A stretch of DNA of 64,000 nt, from contig DATKSU010000017.1 in NCBI GenBank assembly GCA_035531495.1, positions 2,668 through 66,667 of the forward strand, in the 5' to 3' direction. The position numbers were made by a program, and so were the translations under genes. This stretch comes from Minisyncoccota bacterium. Its GTDB lineage: Bacteria; Patescibacteriota; Minisyncoccia; Phycocordibacterales; Phycocordibacteraceae. How positions within the stretch are numbered: the stretch's first letter is position 1; each line of letters begins with the position of its first letter. The notes below the pieces were generated by a model. It saw nothing but the letters and a program-made list of their open reading frames with translations, made no database searches and was not told the DNA's origin. Shown one piece after another: positions 23,031 to 33,015 of this stretch.

Positions 23031-23114
23031 TGGTGCTGGAGGAGAGACTCGAACTCTCAAGCCTTTCGGCGGTGGGTTTTGAATCCACTGCGTTTACCAT
23101 TTCGCCACTCCAGC
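23031..23114 (-). tRNA. tRNA-Leu (anticodon CAA), CCA encoded
   Basis: Acceptor GCTGGAG/CTCCAGC then ACCA. Anticodon loop TTCAAAA, long variable arm, T-arm GAGAG-TTCGAGT-CTCTC. Confidence 0.75.
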
Positions 23115-23191
23115 ATTGCGGGGCCGCATCCCGATGAACGCCTCCACAGTAGCATCTTATCGCTGCATTTTCAGCGTGGTACCATGCGCGT

Positions 23192-24193
23192 ATGAACGAT
23201 GAGGCGCGGTATATCCCGACGAAATACGACTCGATATTCTGGATCGAGACGGACAGGATCAAGCCGAACCCGTATCAGCCGCGGCGCGAGTTCAGCGAGG
23301 AAGGCCTGCGGTCGCTCGCCGACTCCATCCGGCAGTACGGCATCCTCCAACCATTGACCGTCACGAGGAAGGACGTCGAAAAGCCGGACGGCGGTCTCGA
23401 GAGCGAGTACGAGCTCATCGCCGGCGAGCGGCGGCTCCGCGCGTCGAAGCTCGCGGGGCTCACGCAAGTGCCGGTCGTCATCCGCGCGGGCGAGAACAAC
23501 CTCTCGAAGCTCGAGCTCGCCATCATCGAGAACCTTCAGCGCGAGGATCTGAACGCCATCGATCGAGCGAAGGCGCTGCAGAAGCTCGTCAACGAGTTCG
23601 GCATCTCGCACGGCGAGACGGCCGCGAAGATCGGCAAGAGCCGCGAGTACGTCTCTAATTCGCTACGCCTTCTCGCGCTGCCGACGCACATGCAGGATGC
23701 CATCGTCCGCAAGGAGATCAGCGAGGGTCATGCGCGGACCCTGCTCGCGCTCAACGACCGGGAACAGGAACGCGAGACGCTTTTCCGCGAAATCACGCTC
23801 AAGAAGCTCTCGGTCCGTGCCGCCGAGCGCATCGCGCGGTCCATCGCGCAAGAGCGCGTCCGTAAGTATCACCGTAAGACGCCGGAGATGACCGAGCTCG
23901 AGAAGTCGCTCACCGAGACCCTCGGCACGCGCGTCATCATCGAGCCGGGCGCCGAAGGCGGGCGCTTGCTCATCGACTTTTTCTCGCCGGACGACCTCTC
24001 CGTGCTCGCGGAGGCCCTCACGATCCATCGCAGCGCCGTCCTGCGCGGCGCGGAGACATCTGTTCCCGAGGGCGCCGAAGCATACCCCGTGTATCCGAAT
24101 ACGACGCAGCTTTCCGACGACCCCGTCCCGCCGGCCGCGCCCGAAGAGCCGTCGGACGACGACCTCTACTCGGTGACGAACTTCGTCATTTAG
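23192..24193 (+). CDS. parB: ParB/Spo0J-family partition protein (no parA nearby)
   Basis: ParB N-terminal box (…YELIAGERRLRASKLAGLTQVPVVIR…) and HTH, plus a Pro-rich C-terminal tail. Confidence 0.85.
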   Translation: MNDEARYIPTKYDSIFWIETDRIKPNPYQPRREFSEEGLRSLADSIRQYGILQPLTVTRKDVEKPDGGLESEYELIAGERRLRASKLAGLTQVPVVIRAGENNLSKLELAIIENLQREDLNAIDRAKALQKLVNEFGISHGETAAKIGKSREYVSNSLRLLALPTHMQDAIVRKEISEGHARTLLALNDREQERETLFREITLKKLSVRAAERIARSIAQERVRKYHRKTPEMTELEKSLTETLGTRVIIEPGAEGGRLLIDFFSPDDLSVLAEALTIHRSAVLRGAETSVPEGAEAYPVYPNTTQLSDDPVPPAAPEEPSDDDLYSVTNFVI

Positions 24194-25790
24194 CCGCGCG
24201 GCGGGCGCGCACCCGCGTCCGCACGCGCGGGCGCGCCGCGTCGCCCATATCGAGCGCCGTGCGGATCTGCTTGCGGGCGAGCGAGGTGCGCGCGTGGTCG
24301 AGCCACTTCGTCGACGGATGCGCCGATTCGCGTCGGATGATCTCGACTATGTCTCCGTTGCCGAGCGGCGTGTCGAACGATACCAGTTTCCCGTTCACCT
24401 TCGCGCCTTGCAAGTGGTTGCCGAGGTCGGTATGGATCGCGTATGCGAAATCGACCGGCGTCGACGCGGTCGGCAGGTCGACGACGTCGCCTTTCGGCGT
24501 GAATACGAAGACGCGGTGCGAGAAGAAATCCTCCTTGAGCCCGTCGACGAATTCCTTCGAACCCGCGACCTCGGCGTGCGCGTCGGCGAGCTCGGCGAGC
24601 CAGGGCGGAATCTTTGCCGCGTCGCTCGCGGAAGCGCCGGACTTCACCTTCATCAAGGACGGGATGAGGGATCGCACCCACGAGAACGAGAGGGCGGAGA
24701 AGCGGCTCTTCTGGGAACCCTTATCGAGCTTCTCGATGCCTTTACCGAGCTGCTTGTACGTCATGTGCGACGCGATGCCGAACTGGGCGTGCCGGTGCAT
24801 CTCTTCGGTCCGTATCTGTACCTCAATGATGCCGGCTTCGGGCGCAACGACGGTGGTATGGAGCGACTGATAGCCGTTGGGCTTCGGGAAGGCGATGTAA
24901 TCCTTGAATTCGCCCGGCAACGGTTTGTAGAGCGCATGCACGGTGCCGAGCACGGCATAGCAGTCGCCGATGGCGGGGACGACGATGCGCAGCGCCGCGA
25001 TGTCGTGGATCTGGTTGATGTCGTCTTTCTTGCGCTTCAGCTTCTGATGCAGGCTCCAGAGCCCTTTCATGCGGATGTCGGTATGGAAATCGGTGATGCC
25101 TTTCTTCGCGAGTTCGCGCCGGATCTCCTTCTGCACCTTCGCGAGTCCCGCCTCGCTCTCCCTGGTCACGAACTTCCGCACTTCCGCGGTATGGCGCGCC
25201 GCGTCAGGGTCGACGTATGGGAAGGCGAGATCCTCGAGCTCGCGCTTCATCTTGCCCATGCCGAGCCGGTCCGCGATAGGCGCGTATATCTCCAGGGTCT
25301 CGAGCGCGATGCGGCGGCGCTTGTGCCCCGGCACGTGCTCGAGGGTCTGCATGTTGTGGTAGCGGTCGGCGAGCTTCACGATGAGGACGCGGATATCGCT
25401 CGCGGTGGCGACGAGGAGGCGTCGGAGCGATTCGGCGTGGCGTTCGGCGCCGTGGTACTTGTGCCGGCCGAGCTTCGTGACGCCGTCGACGATGAAGAGC
25501 ACTTCGCTCCCAAACTCCTTCTTGATCTCGTCGCGCGAAACGTCGCCATCCTCGACTGTGTCGTGAAGGAGGCCGGCGGCGATGGTCGCCGCGTCCATCC
25601 CGTATTCCGCGAGCATTTTCGCGGCCGCGGCCGGATGGATGAAGTACGGTTCGCCCGAATAGCGGGTGTGAGTCGCGTGCGCCTTCTTGGAGAACTCGTA
25701 GGCTTTCTCGATGAACGCGATGTCCTCGGGCGACGGCGCCGACATCTCGCCGACGATCTCTTTGACGGTCGTCATGGCGGTACTATACAC
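24186..25790 (-). CDS. bifunctional (p)ppGpp synthetase/hydrolase, short Rel/SpoT homolog
   Basis: HD hydrolase motif (…HDTVEDG…), synthetase domain and TGS region. Only 534 aa, with no C-terminal ACT region. Confidence 0.88.
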   Translation of the reverse strand: MYSTAMTTVKEIVGEMSAPSPEDIAFIEKAYEFSKKAHATHTRYSGEPYFIHPAAAAKMLAEYGMDAATIAAGLLHDTVEDGDVSRDEIKKEFGSEVLFIVDGVTKLGRHKYHGAERHAESLRRLLVATASDIRVLIVKLADRYHNMQTLEHVPGHKRRRIALETLEIYAPIADRLGMGKMKRELEDLAFPYVDPDAARHTAEVRKFVTRESEAGLAKVQKEIRRELAKKGITDFHTDIRMKGLWSLHQKLKRKKDDINQIHDIAALRIVVPAIGDCYAVLGTVHALYKPLPGEFKDYIAFPKPNGYQSLHTTVVAPEAGIIEVQIRTEEMHRHAQFGIASHMTYKQLGKGIEKLDKGSQKSRFSALSFSWVRSLIPSLMKVKSGASASDAAKIPPWLAELADAHAEVAGSKEFVDGLKEDFFSHRVFVFTPKGDVVDLPTASTPVDFAYAIHTDLGNHLQGAKVNGKLVSFDTPLGNGDIVEIIRRESAHPSTKWLDHARTSLARKQIRTALDMGDAARPRVRTRVRARRAAK

Positions 25791-25818
25791 CGCGTGCCTG
25801 ACGCCGCCTATGCGGGCG

Positions 25819-28215
25819 TCATTTCAGATACGCCGCCGCATCCTCGGGTGAGAATGCGTCCGGCTTCACCGAGTCGGGCAGATAGATGCGGCGCAGGCCT
25901 TTCTTCAGGAAGAGCCCTTGCTTCGAGCGGTAGAGTACGAGCTGCTTATGCGTCGAGGGGTGCGGGCCGAGCTCGCGGACGATCTCGGCGCCCTTCGGCG
26001 GGCGCTTCGGCTCGGCGAGGAGCGCGAGCGCTTCCGCGAGCGTGATGGCGTACGGGTCGCCCTTCTTGATTGAACGGAAGTCGCCGTCCGAACCCACGTA
26101 CGGGCCGAAACGTCCGGTCGAAGCGAAGACGGGCTTGCCGGTCTGCGGGTGGGTGCCGAGCTCGCGCGGCAGCGAAAGGTATTTCACCGCGTCCGCGAGC
26201 GTCACCTTCGAGAGGTCGGTGCCGGGCGGGATGCTCGCGCGCTTCACCGCCGCCTTCTTCGCGCGCCGTCGCGCCCCCGCCTTCTTCGGCGGGTCCGCTT
26301 CGGCCGCCTGCGGCGCTTCCATCTCGACATAGGGGCCGAAGCGGCCGGTCTTCACGTAGATCGCCGCGCCGGTCTCGGGATGACGGCCGATGGGCTCATC
26401 GGGCTTCAGTTCCGCGCCGTCCTCGGTGCGCGCGCCCATGCACGCCGGATAGCGTTTGCAGCTCATGAAGATGCCGCCGCGGCCAAGCTTATACTCCATC
26501 AGTGAGCCGCAGACGGGGCAGATGAATCCCCTCGGCGCATCGCCGAGCGATGTCGCCTTCGGCAGCTTGTCCTTGGCGCGCACGGCTTTCTCGAACGGGC
26601 CGTAGAACGCCCGCATGGTCTCTTCGTAGCCGCGTTCGCCGCGCGCTATCTCGTCGAGCTCGTCTTCCATCTCCGCCGTGAAGGAGTCACCGACGACTTC
26701 GGGGAAATTCGTCTCGAGCCAGCCGGAGACGACCATGCCGGTCGCCGTCGGCACGAGGGCGCGGCCGGTCTTCTCGACGTAGCCGCGGTCCTGGATGGTC
26801 TTCATGATGGAGGCGTAGGTCGACGGTCGGCCGATACCGCGTTTTTCGAGTTCCCGGATAAGCCCCGCTTCGGTATAGCGGTTCGGCGGTTCCGTCTGCT
26901 TCTCGGCCGCATCGAGTGCGCCGAGCGCGAGTGCGTCGCCCGCCGCGAGCTTCGGCAGCTCGACGTCCTCGCCTTTCGCGGCTGTGTCGAGCGCGAGCCA
27001 GCCGTGGAAGAGCGTGCGCGAGCCCGTCGCCGTGAAGGCGGGAATGCGCGCTCCGCTATCGGCGTTGTGAACGTCGGCGGTTGCCGTGACGCTTGTGCGC
27101 ATAATACGCGCCGGCGCCATCTGCGAGGCGAGCGCGCGGGTGCGGATGAGTTCGTAGAGCGCCGCTTCGTCCGGCGTCTTGCCCGCGCGCGTGCGGCCGG
27201 GATCGGTCGGACGGATGGCCTCGTGCGCTTCCTGCGCGTTCTTGCTCGTCGTCTTATACGCGCGCACCTGGAGATACTCCTTGCCGAACGTCTTCTCGAC
27301 GACGGAGGCCATCTTCGCCACCGCTTCCTTGGCGAGATTCACCGAATCCGTGCGCATGTAGGTGATGTGGCCCGCTTCGTAGAGCTTCTGCGCGGCGCGC
27401 ATCGTGCGCGAGGGCGCGAAGCCGAGCCGCGTCGACGCCGTCTGCTGCAGGGTGGAGGTCGTGAACGGCGGGCGCGGATTGCGCTCCTCCGCCTTCTCGG
27501 CGACGTTCCCGACGCGCCACGCGGCGGCACGGCCCGCGGCGACGATGCGATCCGCTTCTTCTCTCGTCTTCGGCTCCTCGACGCATGTCGCCGAGAAATC
27601 GCCCGCCGGCGTCGTGAAGCGCGCGGTGAGCACGTAGTACGTTTCCGGCACGAAGGCCTTAATCTCGCGCTCGCGCTCGGCGAGGATGCGCAGCGCGGGC
27701 GACTGCACGCGGCCGGCGGAGAGGCCGTAGCGCACCTTCTTCCAGATGAGGCCCGAGAGGTCGTAGCCGACGATGCGGTCGAGGACGCGCCGCGCTTCCT
27801 GCGCTTCCCGCAGGTGCTCGTCGATCGTCCGCGGATGCGCGAGCGCTTCCTCGACGGCCTCTTTCGTTATCTCGTGGAAGACGACGCGTTTCGGCTTCTT
27901 CAAGCCCGCGACTTCCTTGATATGCCAGGCGATGGATTCGCCTTCGCGGTCCGGGTCGGTCGCAAGGTACACCTCGCTCGCGCTCGCCGCCGCCTTCTTT
28001 ATCCTCTCGATGATGTCGCGCTTCTCGGCGGGGACGACGTAGCGCGGCACGAAGCCGCCCTCGATATCGACGGCGTCTTTGTTCGATTTCGGCAAGTCGC
28101 GCACGTGCCCGACCGAGGCGAGCACGTCATACGCCTTCCCAAGATACTGTTGGATTGTCCGCGCTTTCGTCGGCGATTCCACTATGAGCAGCTGTTTCTT
28201 CACCAATCCACTCAT
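25819..28215 (-). CDS. topA: DNA topoisomerase I
   Basis: 798 aa. Toprim start MSGLVKKQLLIVESPTKARTI and a C-terminal Zn-ribbon repeat region. Confidence 0.95.
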   Translation of the reverse strand: MSGLVKKQLLIVESPTKARTIQQYLGKAYDVLASVGHVRDLPKSNKDAVDIEGGFVPRYVVPAEKRDIIERIKKAAASASEVYLATDPDREGESIAWHIKEVAGLKKPKRVVFHEITKEAVEEALAHPRTIDEHLREAQEARRVLDRIVGYDLSGLIWKKVRYGLSAGRVQSPALRILAEREREIKAFVPETYYVLTARFTTPAGDFSATCVEEPKTREEADRIVAAGRAAAWRVGNVAEKAEERNPRPPFTTSTLQQTASTRLGFAPSRTMRAAQKLYEAGHITYMRTDSVNLAKEAVAKMASVVEKTFGKEYLQVRAYKTTSKNAQEAHEAIRPTDPGRTRAGKTPDEAALYELIRTRALASQMAPARIMRTSVTATADVHNADSGARIPAFTATGSRTLFHGWLALDTAAKGEDVELPKLAAGDALALGALDAAEKQTEPPNRYTEAGLIRELEKRGIGRPSTYASIMKTIQDRGYVEKTGRALVPTATGMVVSGWLETNFPEVVGDSFTAEMEDELDEIARGERGYEETMRAFYGPFEKAVRAKDKLPKATSLGDAPRGFICPVCGSLMEYKLGRGGIFMSCKRYPACMGARTEDGAELKPDEPIGRHPETGAAIYVKTGRFGPYVEMEAPQAAEADPPKKAGARRRAKKAAVKRASIPPGTDLSKVTLADAVKYLSLPRELGTHPQTGKPVFASTGRFGPYVGSDGDFRSIKKGDPYAITLAEALALLAEPKRPPKGAEIVRELGPHPSTHKQLVLYRSKQGLFLKKGLRRIYLPDSVKPDAFSPEDAAAYLK

Positions 28216-28236
28216 AACGCGCGCACCTATATATGG

Positions 28237-29019
28237 TCAAGCGAGCGTGACGGATATCGGGTGGTGATCGGAGCCTGCGCGGTCCGACAGGACCGCGGCG
28301 TCTTTCACCGAAAACGAACGGGAAACGAGGATATGATCGAGCTGGGAACGGGAGAGCGGATGCGTCGGACGGCCGTAAAGCGGGTTCACGAGCTTGTGCT
28401 CGACGAATCGCGCCTCGATGCGCATGCGTTCGCGGCGATAGCGCACGACATCGGTCATGCGGCCGCCGAGGAACCAGTTGAGGATGGTTATCTTCGGGGA
28501 CTCGAGGATGTTGAAATCGCCGCAGACGATGGTCGGCCGGCCAGGCACGCGCCCGGCGAGCGCCGTCTCGAACTCCTCGATGCGCCAGCGCGGATGCGCG
28601 AGGGTGAGGTGGAGATCGAAGACGCGGACGAGGCCCGCAGGCGTCTCGACGTCGGCGAAGAGCCCGTGGCGGTTCTCGGTCCTCGAGAAATTGAACGAGC
28701 GCATGAGGCGGATGAAGAGGCGCGCGCGCCACGGCAAGAGCGTCCAGTAATCCGGCAGCGGGATGACGCCTCGGGCGCTGATGGGATAGCGCGAGAGGAT
28801 GACGAGGTGATTGCGCACGCGGTGCGAGAAGAAGCGGTCGACGTCGATACCCGATGCGAGATGGAAGGGCAGCGTCTTCAGGCGGGCGAGGAATTCATCC
28901 GGGACTTCCTGCAGGCAGAAAATATCGAAGGCGACGTCGCGGATGAACGCGAAGGCGCGATCCTGTTCCTGATTACGGAACAGCATGTTCCATGAATAGA
29001 TAGTCATAGCCTGCGCCAC
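28237..29019 (-). CDS. exodeoxyribonuclease III-like endonuclease/exonuclease/phosphatase-family protein
   Basis: EEP-fold motifs …IFCLQEV…, …CGDFN… and …SDHHPI…. Confidence 0.75.
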   Translation of the reverse strand: MAQAMTIYSWNMLFRNQEQDRAFAFIRDVAFDIFCLQEVPDEFLARLKTLPFHLASGIDVDRFFSHRVRNHLVILSRYPISARGVIPLPDYWTLLPWRARLFIRLMRSFNFSRTENRHGLFADVETPAGLVRVFDLHLTLAHPRWRIEEFETALAGRVPGRPTIVCGDFNILESPKITILNWFLGGRMTDVVRYRRERMRIEARFVEHKLVNPLYGRPTHPLSRSQLDHILVSRSFSVKDAAVLSDRAGSDHHPISVTLA

Positions 29020-29855
29020 GCGCCGAGCTCCTCTCGGATGAGGCCACGTACTTCTAACGCGGCGAGCGCGGTGAGGGTTTCGCCGGGCGCGCCGTTCGCG
29101 CGCAAGAGCTCGTCACGGGTGCGCGGTTCCTCAAGGAGGGCCCACACGGCGGCCTCGGCGCCTTCGAGCGCGGGCGCTGGACGCTCGGCGGGCGTCTCGC
29201 GCGGCGGGATGCCGAGCGCTTCGAGCACGTGGACGGGCTCCGCGGCCAGCGCCGCGCCGAGCCGGATGAAGAGGTGCGGACCGACCCCGTGCGGGTCGGT
29301 GATGCGATGCGGCACACACAGGAGTTCGCGGTTGTATTCGCCCGCGAGCCGCGCGGTGATGAGCGTGCCCGACTTCCGCCCGGCTTCGATGATGAGCACG
29401 GCATCGGCGAGACCGACCATGATGCGGTTGCGCGACGGGAATTCTTTCAACCACGGCTTGTGGGACGGCTCTTTCTCGGAGAGGAGCGCGCCGCCCTTCG
29501 CGAGTATGTCGTACGCGAGGCCGAGATTCGTTCGCGGATAGATGACGCTCTCGTCGAGCCCGGAACCGGGGATGGCGATCGTGTGGAGCCCGGCGGCGAG
29601 CGCCGCCCTATGCGCACAAGCGTCGGTGCCGAGCGCGAGGCCCGAGATGATGGAGACGGGATAGCCGGCGAGCCCCATGATGAGCCCTTCGCACGCGGCG
29701 CGGCCATATGGGGAGAGCGCGCGGCTCCCGACGACGACAAGAAGCTTCGTCCCGGGCGGCGGGAGCATTCCGGCGAGCCACAGGCGCTCGGGCGGCTGCG
29801 GTATCTCGAGGAGCGGAGCGGGCCACTCTCCGCGCGGAAGCTCGCGAATCTTCAT
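29004..29855 (-). CDS. dprA: DNA-processing protein DprA (Rossmann-fold core)
   Basis: 283 aa with the DprA/Smf core (…VVVGSRALSPYG…IISGLALGTDACAH…). Confidence 0.8.
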   Translation of the reverse strand: MKIRELPRGEWPAPLLEIPQPPERLWLAGMLPPPGTKLLVVVGSRALSPYGRAACEGLIMGLAGYPVSIISGLALGTDACAHRAALAAGLHTIAIPGSGLDESVIYPRTNLGLAYDILAKGGALLSEKEPSHKPWLKEFPSRNRIMVGLADAVLIIEAGRKSGTLITARLAGEYNRELLCVPHRITDPHGVGPHLFIRLGAALAAEPVHVLEALGIPPRETPAERPAPALEGAEAAVWALLEEPRTRDELLRANGAPGETLTALAALEVRGLIREELGAWRRL

Positions 29856-29863
29856 GCGTTGAG

Positions 29864-29869
29864 TATACT
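29864..29869 (+). promoter_or_regulatory. -10 hexamer TATACT 7 nt upstream of the serS ATG (leaderless-type promoter)
   Basis: gagTATACTaggtggcATG. The same hexamer-to-ATG spacing recurs at many genes in this window. Confidence 0.4.
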
Positions 29870-29876
29870 AGGTGGC

Positions 29877-31148
29877 ATGCTCGACATACGGTTCATCCGC
29901 GAGAACGCCGATCTCGTGAAGGCTGGCGCTGCCAAGAAGCGCATTGATGCCGACATCGACCGCCTGCTCGCCGTCGACGACGATCGCAAGCGGCTCCAGC
30001 AGGAGTATGAGACGAAACGCGCGGAGCAGAATCGCAAAAGCGGCGAGGTGCAGCGAGCGCAAGGCGCCGAACGCGAGAAGCTGCTCGAGGCGATGCGGCA
30101 GCTGAAGCAGGGCATGGCCGAGACGGAGGACGAGCTCAAGAAGGTGATGGAGGAATGGCAGCGGCTCATGCTCGCCGTCCCGAACATCCCCGACATGTCG
30201 GTGCCGGACGGCGAGAGCGATGCAGACAACGTCGAGGTGAAGAAGTGGGGCGAGCCGACTGCGTTCCCGTTCGAGCCGAAAGGCCACGTCGAGCTCATGA
30301 CGGCGCTCGGCATGGCGGACTTCGAGCGCGGCGCCAAAGTCGCCGGCTTCCGCGGCTATTTCCTCAAGGGCGACGGTGTGCTCCTGTCGAACGCGGTCTG
30401 GCAGCTGGCGCTCAAGCACTTCGGCGCGAAAGGGTTCGAGCTTCTCTTCGCACCGTCCTTGGTGCGCCGCGAAGCGTTCCTCGGCACGGGATATCTCCCG
30501 CAGGGCGAAGAAGACCTCTACAAGACGCAGGACGGCGATTTCCTTGCCGGCACCGCGGAGGTCGCGACGATGGGCTACCACATGAACGAGACGATCGACC
30601 TCGCGAACGACCCTATCCGCTTTCTCGGCTTCTCGCCGTGCTTCCGCCGCGAGGCCGGTGCGCACGGCAAGGACGTGCGCGGCCTCATCCGCGTGCACGA
30701 GTTCTATAAATGGGAGCAAGTCGTCCTCTGCAAGGCAGAGCACGACGAATCGGTCCGTCTCCATGAGTGGCTGAACCGCAATACGGAAGAATTCATCGAG
30801 CTCCTAGCGATTCCATATCACACGGTCGCCAATTGCGGCGGCGACCTTGGACTCGGCCAGGTGAAGAAGTACGACGTCGAGCTGTGGGTGCCGGGCGAGA
30901 AGAAATACCGCGAGATAAGCTCCGCGTCTTATTTCCATGATTTCCAGACGCGGCGTCTGAATATCCGGTACCGCGACACGGATGGCGCGCTCAAGTTCGC
31001 GCATTCGCTCAACTCGACTGCCATCCCGACGCCGCGCATCCTCGTCTCCATCATCGAGAATTACCAGCAGGCCGACGGCACGATCAAGGTACCGGACGCG
31101 CTCGTGTCGTATGTCGGCAAACCTATTATCGGCAAGGCGGGGAAGTGA
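29877..31148 (+). CDS. serS: seryl-tRNA synthetase
   Basis: ATG at 29877 (MLDIRFIREN…); the track ORF starts upstream at 29229. N-terminal coiled-coil arm plus class II core motifs. Confidence 0.93.
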   Translation: MLDIRFIRENADLVKAGAAKKRIDADIDRLLAVDDDRKRLQQEYETKRAEQNRKSGEVQRAQGAEREKLLEAMRQLKQGMAETEDELKKVMEEWQRLMLAVPNIPDMSVPDGESDADNVEVKKWGEPTAFPFEPKGHVELMTALGMADFERGAKVAGFRGYFLKGDGVLLSNAVWQLALKHFGAKGFELLFAPSLVRREAFLGTGYLPQGEEDLYKTQDGDFLAGTAEVATMGYHMNETIDLANDPIRFLGFSPCFRREAGAHGKDVRGLIRVHEFYKWEQVVLCKAEHDESVRLHEWLNRNTEEFIELLAIPYHTVANCGGDLGLGQVKKYDVELWVPGEKKYREISSASYFHDFQTRRLNIRYRDTDGALKFAHSLNSTAIPTPRILVSIIENYQQADGTIKVPDALVSYVGKPIIGKAGK

Positions 31149-31977
31149 GCGGCGCCTCCATGAGCGCCGCCGCCGGAATCGCCGCCGCGCCGCGCTCGCG
31201 CTCGCCGTCCTCGCGCTCCTCGCGTGCGCCAGCATCATCGTCGGGCTCCGACAGGGCGCGGTGCGAATCACGCGCGTCACGGTGATCGGGGCGAGCGCGT
31301 CCTTCGCGGCGTACGCGACGGACGCGATGCGCGGCTCCTATTTCGGACTCATCCCGCGCGATTCCGTGTTCTTCTATCCGGCGTCGAGCATCCGCAGCGC
31401 CATCCTGGCGGCGCATCCGGAAGTCGCTGCCGTCTCGGTCGCGCGCGACGGCTTCGACGGCGTCACGGTGCAGGTGGATAACCGGATGCCCGTCGGACGC
31501 TGGTGCGGCCCCGCGCCCGATCCGATGCCGCCTGAATGCTACGTCTTCGATGCGAGCGGGTTCATCTACGCGACGACAAGCGTGCCGGCGTGGCTCCCCG
31601 CAGCGCTCGCCGGCACTTCGTCCCCCGCGGCCTCGAGCGACGTCGCGGACCACTCCTTCGTCCTCTTCGAAGCGCTCGCAAGCTCGACGGCGTCTGTCGA
31701 CGCGACGCTTCCGACAGCCGCGGGATTGCCCGCCGTCTTCGATTTCGCGCGCAAGCTCGATTCCTTCGGCTCGCCAGCGACGGTGATTTCCATCCATGAC
31801 GGCGAAGCGGACGACTATCTCGCGAGCGGCACGCTCGTGAAGTACGTGCTCGGCCAAGAACAGGACGCGTACGCCGCGCTTTCGTCCGCGCAGGCGCAGT
31901 TCAATCTCGCGAATGGGTCCGTCGAATACGTCGATCTGCGCTTCAGCGGGAAGATTTATCTAAAGAAGAGAGGGTGA
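31111..31977 (+). CDS. FtsQ/DivIB-like cell-division protein (POTRA)
   Basis: Basic cytoplasmic N-terminus, one TM helix, then …TVQVDNRMPVGRW…. The only in-frame start is the ATG at 31111, which overlaps the serS 3' end by 38 nt. Confidence 0.5.
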   Translation: MSANLLSARRGSERRLHERRRRNRRRAALALAVLALLACASIIVGLRQGAVRITRVTVIGASASFAAYATDAMRGSYFGLIPRDSVFFYPASSIRSAILAAHPEVAAVSVARDGFDGVTVQVDNRMPVGRWCGPAPDPMPPECYVFDASGFIYATTSVPAWLPAALAGTSSPAASSDVADHSFVLFEALASSTASVDATLPTAAGLPAVFDFARKLDSFGSPATVISIHDGEADDYLASGTLVKYVLGQEQDAYAALSSAQAQFNLANGSVEYVDLRFSGKIYLKKRG

Positions 31978-31989
31978 TAGTGTAACCGG

Positions 31990-33015
31990 ATGCAGTCGTT
32001 CTGGCACACGCTCCCGCGGCCGTTCGTCGCGATGGCGCCCATGGCTGACGTGACGGACCCGGCCTTCCGGCGCCTCGTCGCGCGCTGCGGTGCGCCCGAC
32101 GTCACGTGGACCGAGTTCGTCTCAGCCGATGGCCTTTACCATACCCGCGAGATTCAGAAGCTCCCGGACGCTGAGAATCCGCTCATGCGCGACCTCGCCT
32201 TCACGGACGCGGAGCGCCCCATCGTTGCGCAATTCTTCTCAAGCAAGCCCGATATGCTCGCGTATGCCGCGCGCCTCGCCGCAGAGCTCGGCTTCGACGG
32301 CGTCGATCTCAACATGGGCTGCCCGGACCGCGCCATCGAGAAGCAGGGCGCGGGCGCCGCGCTCATTAAGGATCCGGAGCGCGCCACCGAGCTCGTCCGC
32401 GCGGCGCAGACGGCCGGCCTGCCGGTCTCGGTGAAGACGCGCATCGGTTATAACGCAGAGTCGCTCGACCAGTGGCTGCCGGCGCTTCTCGCCGCGCGCC
32501 CCGCCGCGGTGACGCTCCACCTGCGGACGCGCAAGGAGATGTCGCTCGTGCCGGCCGAGTGGGAGCTCATGCGTCGCGCCGTCGCCATCCGCGACCGCCT
32601 CGCTCCGTCTGCGGCGGGGCAAGCGCCGGACGTCCTCCTCATCGGCAACGGCGACGCAAAGAATCTCGTCGATGCGCGGGCGAAGGCCGCGGCGTCCGGT
32701 GCCGACGGCGTCATGATCGGCCGCGGCATGTTCGGCAACCCGTGGGTTTTCGCCGGCCGCGCGCCGGAGGACACGCCGCTTCCCGAGAAACTCGCGGCGC
32801 TCGTCGCGCTCGCGCGCGATTTCGAGACGCTTTCGCCGCCGAAGCACTTCGCCATCCTGAAGAAGCACGTGAAGGCCTTCGTCACGGGGTTCGACGGGGC
32901 CGCGGAATTGCGGGCGGCGCTCATGGATGCGGATTCCGCCGCCGGGATGGAGGCCGTCCTCGAGCGGCGCGGGTGCGCGACGGCCCGTAAGGAAGCGCTC
33001 ACCCGCACGTCATGA
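31990..33015 (+). CDS. tRNA-dihydrouridine synthase
   Basis: Dus TIM-barrel motifs …LNMGCP… and …VSVKTRIG…, plus a C-terminal helical domain. Confidence 0.85.
   Translation: MQSFWHTLPRPFVAMAPMADVTDPAFRRLVARCGAPDVTWTEFVSADGLYHTREIQKLPDAENPLMRDLAFTDAERPIVAQFFSSKPDMLAYAARLAAELGFDGVDLNMGCPDRAIEKQGAGAALIKDPERATELVRAAQTAGLPVSVKTRIGYNAESLDQWLPALLAARPAAVTLHLRTRKEMSLVPAEWELMRRAVAIRDRLAPSAAGQAPDVLLIGNGDAKNLVDARAKAAASGADGVMIGRGMFGNPWVFAGRAPEDTPLPEKLAALVALARDFETLSPPKHFAILKKHVKAFVTGFDGAAELRAALMDADSAAGMEAVLERRGCATARKEALTRTS

Noticed and set aside
22966-24193. tRNA-Leu plus partial tRNA copy plus ParB as an integrated mobile element
   Set aside because: No integrase, excisionase, relaxase or other mobile-element genes are present. 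The two tRNA copies are adjacent with no cargo between them. Reported only as a possible integration scar.
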